NCBI GenBank assembly: GCA_051294905.1
Contig: CM119382.1
Location: 5,580,001-5,644,000 of the forward strand
Reading direction: 5' to 3'
Origin: Botryllus schlosseri
Taxonomy: Eukaryota
Length of the DNA stretch: 64,000 bases
Under the pieces are notes generated by a model. It did no database searches, was not told the origin of the DNA, and saw only the letters and a program-made list of their open reading frames with translations. Positions 62,484-64,000 of the stretch are shown here, in pieces. Position 1 is the first letter of the stretch, and every line of letters starts with the position of its first letter. The translations under genes were made by a program, and so were the position numbers.

Positions 62484-64000
62484 TCACTCAGAAACAACTT
62501 CAACGGTGGCGTGACCAGCACCAGTCTCTTCCTTCACGTTTGCAGTCTCGACTGTTGGCGTCACGGAAACGTCACCATTCTTCGACTCTTCACAGCCGGA
62601 AGCCTGTTCCTTAACGGTTACGTCTGTAGTGTCTCCATTTTTGGAGTCGCCCGCGTTTTCGGCACGTTTTCTCCGACTATTCCTGTTCGGAACATACTCC
62701 TCGGGAATTTCGTGCCCGATCAGGTTCAAGTAATGAGCACGTTCAAATTTATTCATGTACGCTCTGAGCGAGGTATTCCCTTTCCAACCGCTCAAAATCA
62801 ATTCGCAGGACACTGACGCTTGCCCATTCGCGGGGGTGTATTTAAAAAGCAAACTGCCGGGCAACAAGTCTTTCATTCGTGTCCTGAGCGGTTCGGAGAG
62901 GCTGGTATACGTCGGTTGTTCCTCGCAGAGCAGTTTGATGACATCATCAAGCTCGATTTCGATGACACGGTCGCCCATGAACGGCTCGATAACCTCACAG
63001 CCGTCTTGAGTGACGCGGAAATGACATTGCAAATTCGGTTGGTTGTTATCGCACCTGCTGAACACTCTCACGCCTGTGTTGATCAACTTCAACCGCTTCT
63101 CGTTATTTGTGATGATGTTACGTACCAACGACGATACCATGTATATATGCCGTTTCTTACCTTGACTGGACCTGGTCAAGAGTTGGTTGTGCGGGAAATC
63201 CTCTTTCAGGGAATAGTACGATTTTATTTGCGTAACTATTTCTTTTTCCGAATCCGTCTCGCCGAGGAAGATGAAAGGATCCTCCTTGAAACCCGCTCCC
63301 CAACACTTCTTCTTGGCGGGAGGAGATTTGGTAGCAGAATCGTCTGCAATTTTCGGTGTCATATCGTTTTCCTTGTCCTTTGATTCATCCGTCTCCACAG
63401 ATTCAGGTTTTTTCACGTTAATATCGATTGGGCATGGAATGATTCTTTTCTCCCAAGGCAACACCTTTTTTTTCGCCAGTACTGCAACAAAAAAACCACC
63501 GGTGTCTTGATAATGCGGTAACAAACGCATGCATCGGTTCAAGTTATATTTTTCAGCCGTTTCTGGAGGGAACATCGACGGTCGTATTTCCTTTTGCTTC
63601 GTGTCTGGTACTTCAGAAAATTTACTGTACCAATTCCCGCTGCGGTCCTGCACCTCCCATTCAGAAATTCCGGGACACCATTGAAGCCCTTTCAATTCAT
63701 CCATGACATCGACTAATTCAATCGAATCATCACATTTTGAGAGTAGAGCGCTGACCACGGCTTCATCTTCTATAGGGTTGAGAGAGCAAGTCGAGTATAC
63801 AATCCGCCCGCCAACTTCCAACAGCTCGAGACCACGCTGCAATATACGAACTTGCAACCCGTGGAGATATATGCCGTTTCCGACATTCCATTTTTGCCAC
63901 ACGTCTGTGTTTTTTCTCATCGTACCGTCTCCAGAGCACGGGACGTCAGCGAGAACACGGTCGTATCTTAAGGGCACTTCAAAGCCTTCCTTATTTTTAA
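62484..64000 (-). CDS. NSUN2: tRNA (cytosine-5)-methyltransferase NSUN2, 5'-partial
   Basis: Frame is open to the window edge. Contains DRVLADVPCSGDG (motif IV), YSTCSLNPIEDEAVV (motif VI) and RLLPHYQDTGGFFVAVL, plus the NSUN2-type C-terminal region (FKEDPF, INTGVRVF); >=1.5 kb without an intron. Confidence 0.93.
   Translation of the reverse strand, partial: KNKEGFEVPLRYDRVLADVPCSGDGTMRKNTDVWQKWNVGNGIYLHGLQVRILQRGLELLEVGGRIVYSTCSLNPIEDEAVVSALLSKCDDSIELVDVMDELKGLQWCPGISEWEVQDRSGNWYSKFSEVPDTKQKEIRPSMFPPETAEKYNLNRCMRLLPHYQDTGGFFVAVLAKKKVLPWEKRIIPCPIDINVKKPESVETDESKDKENDMTPKIADDSATKSPPAKKKCWGAGFKEDPFIFLGETDSEKEIVTQIKSYYSLKEDFPHNQLLTRSSQGKKRHIYMVSSLVRNIITNNEKRLKLINTGVRVFSRCDNNQPNLQCHFRVTQDGCEVIEPFMGDRVIEIELDDVIKLLCEEQPTYTSLSEPLRTRMKDLLPGSLLFKYTPANGQASVSCELILSGWKGNTSLRAYMNKFERAHYLNLIGHEIPEEYVPNRNSRRKRAENAGDSKNGDTTDVTVKEQASGCEESKNGDVSVTPTVETANVKEETGAGHATVEVVSE

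Overview
AT-rich eukaryotic (metazoan) genomic DNA. It is probably from a compact invertebrate chordate such as an ascidian; this is inferred from gene content, short introns and the repeat landscape, not proven. Nine protein-coding loci can be assembled from the sequence, eight of them on the minus strand: an unidentified low-complexity protein with an array of short repeated exons (runs off the left edge), a 10-exon STK40 with a very long N-terminal extension, intronless ARL6, intronless MRPS23, 7-exon ASPP, intronless CK2 alpha, intronless GPCPD1 (+ strand), 6-exon eIF1A with an expanded acidic tail, and NSUN2 (runs off the right edge). Introns and intergenic DNA are packed with hAT-type MITEs, a 9-bp-TSD palindromic element, tRNA-derived SINEs, L2/CR1-like LINE tails, foldback elements with telomere-like arms, and at least seven remnants of one Penelope-like element (PLE) family. 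The PLE terminal repeat carries a minimal hammerhead-ribozyme motif with an apparent pseudoknot in place of stem II; one copy (11143-11186) retains every core nucleotide. All homology calls are from recalled protein and RNA motifs; no database search was run.
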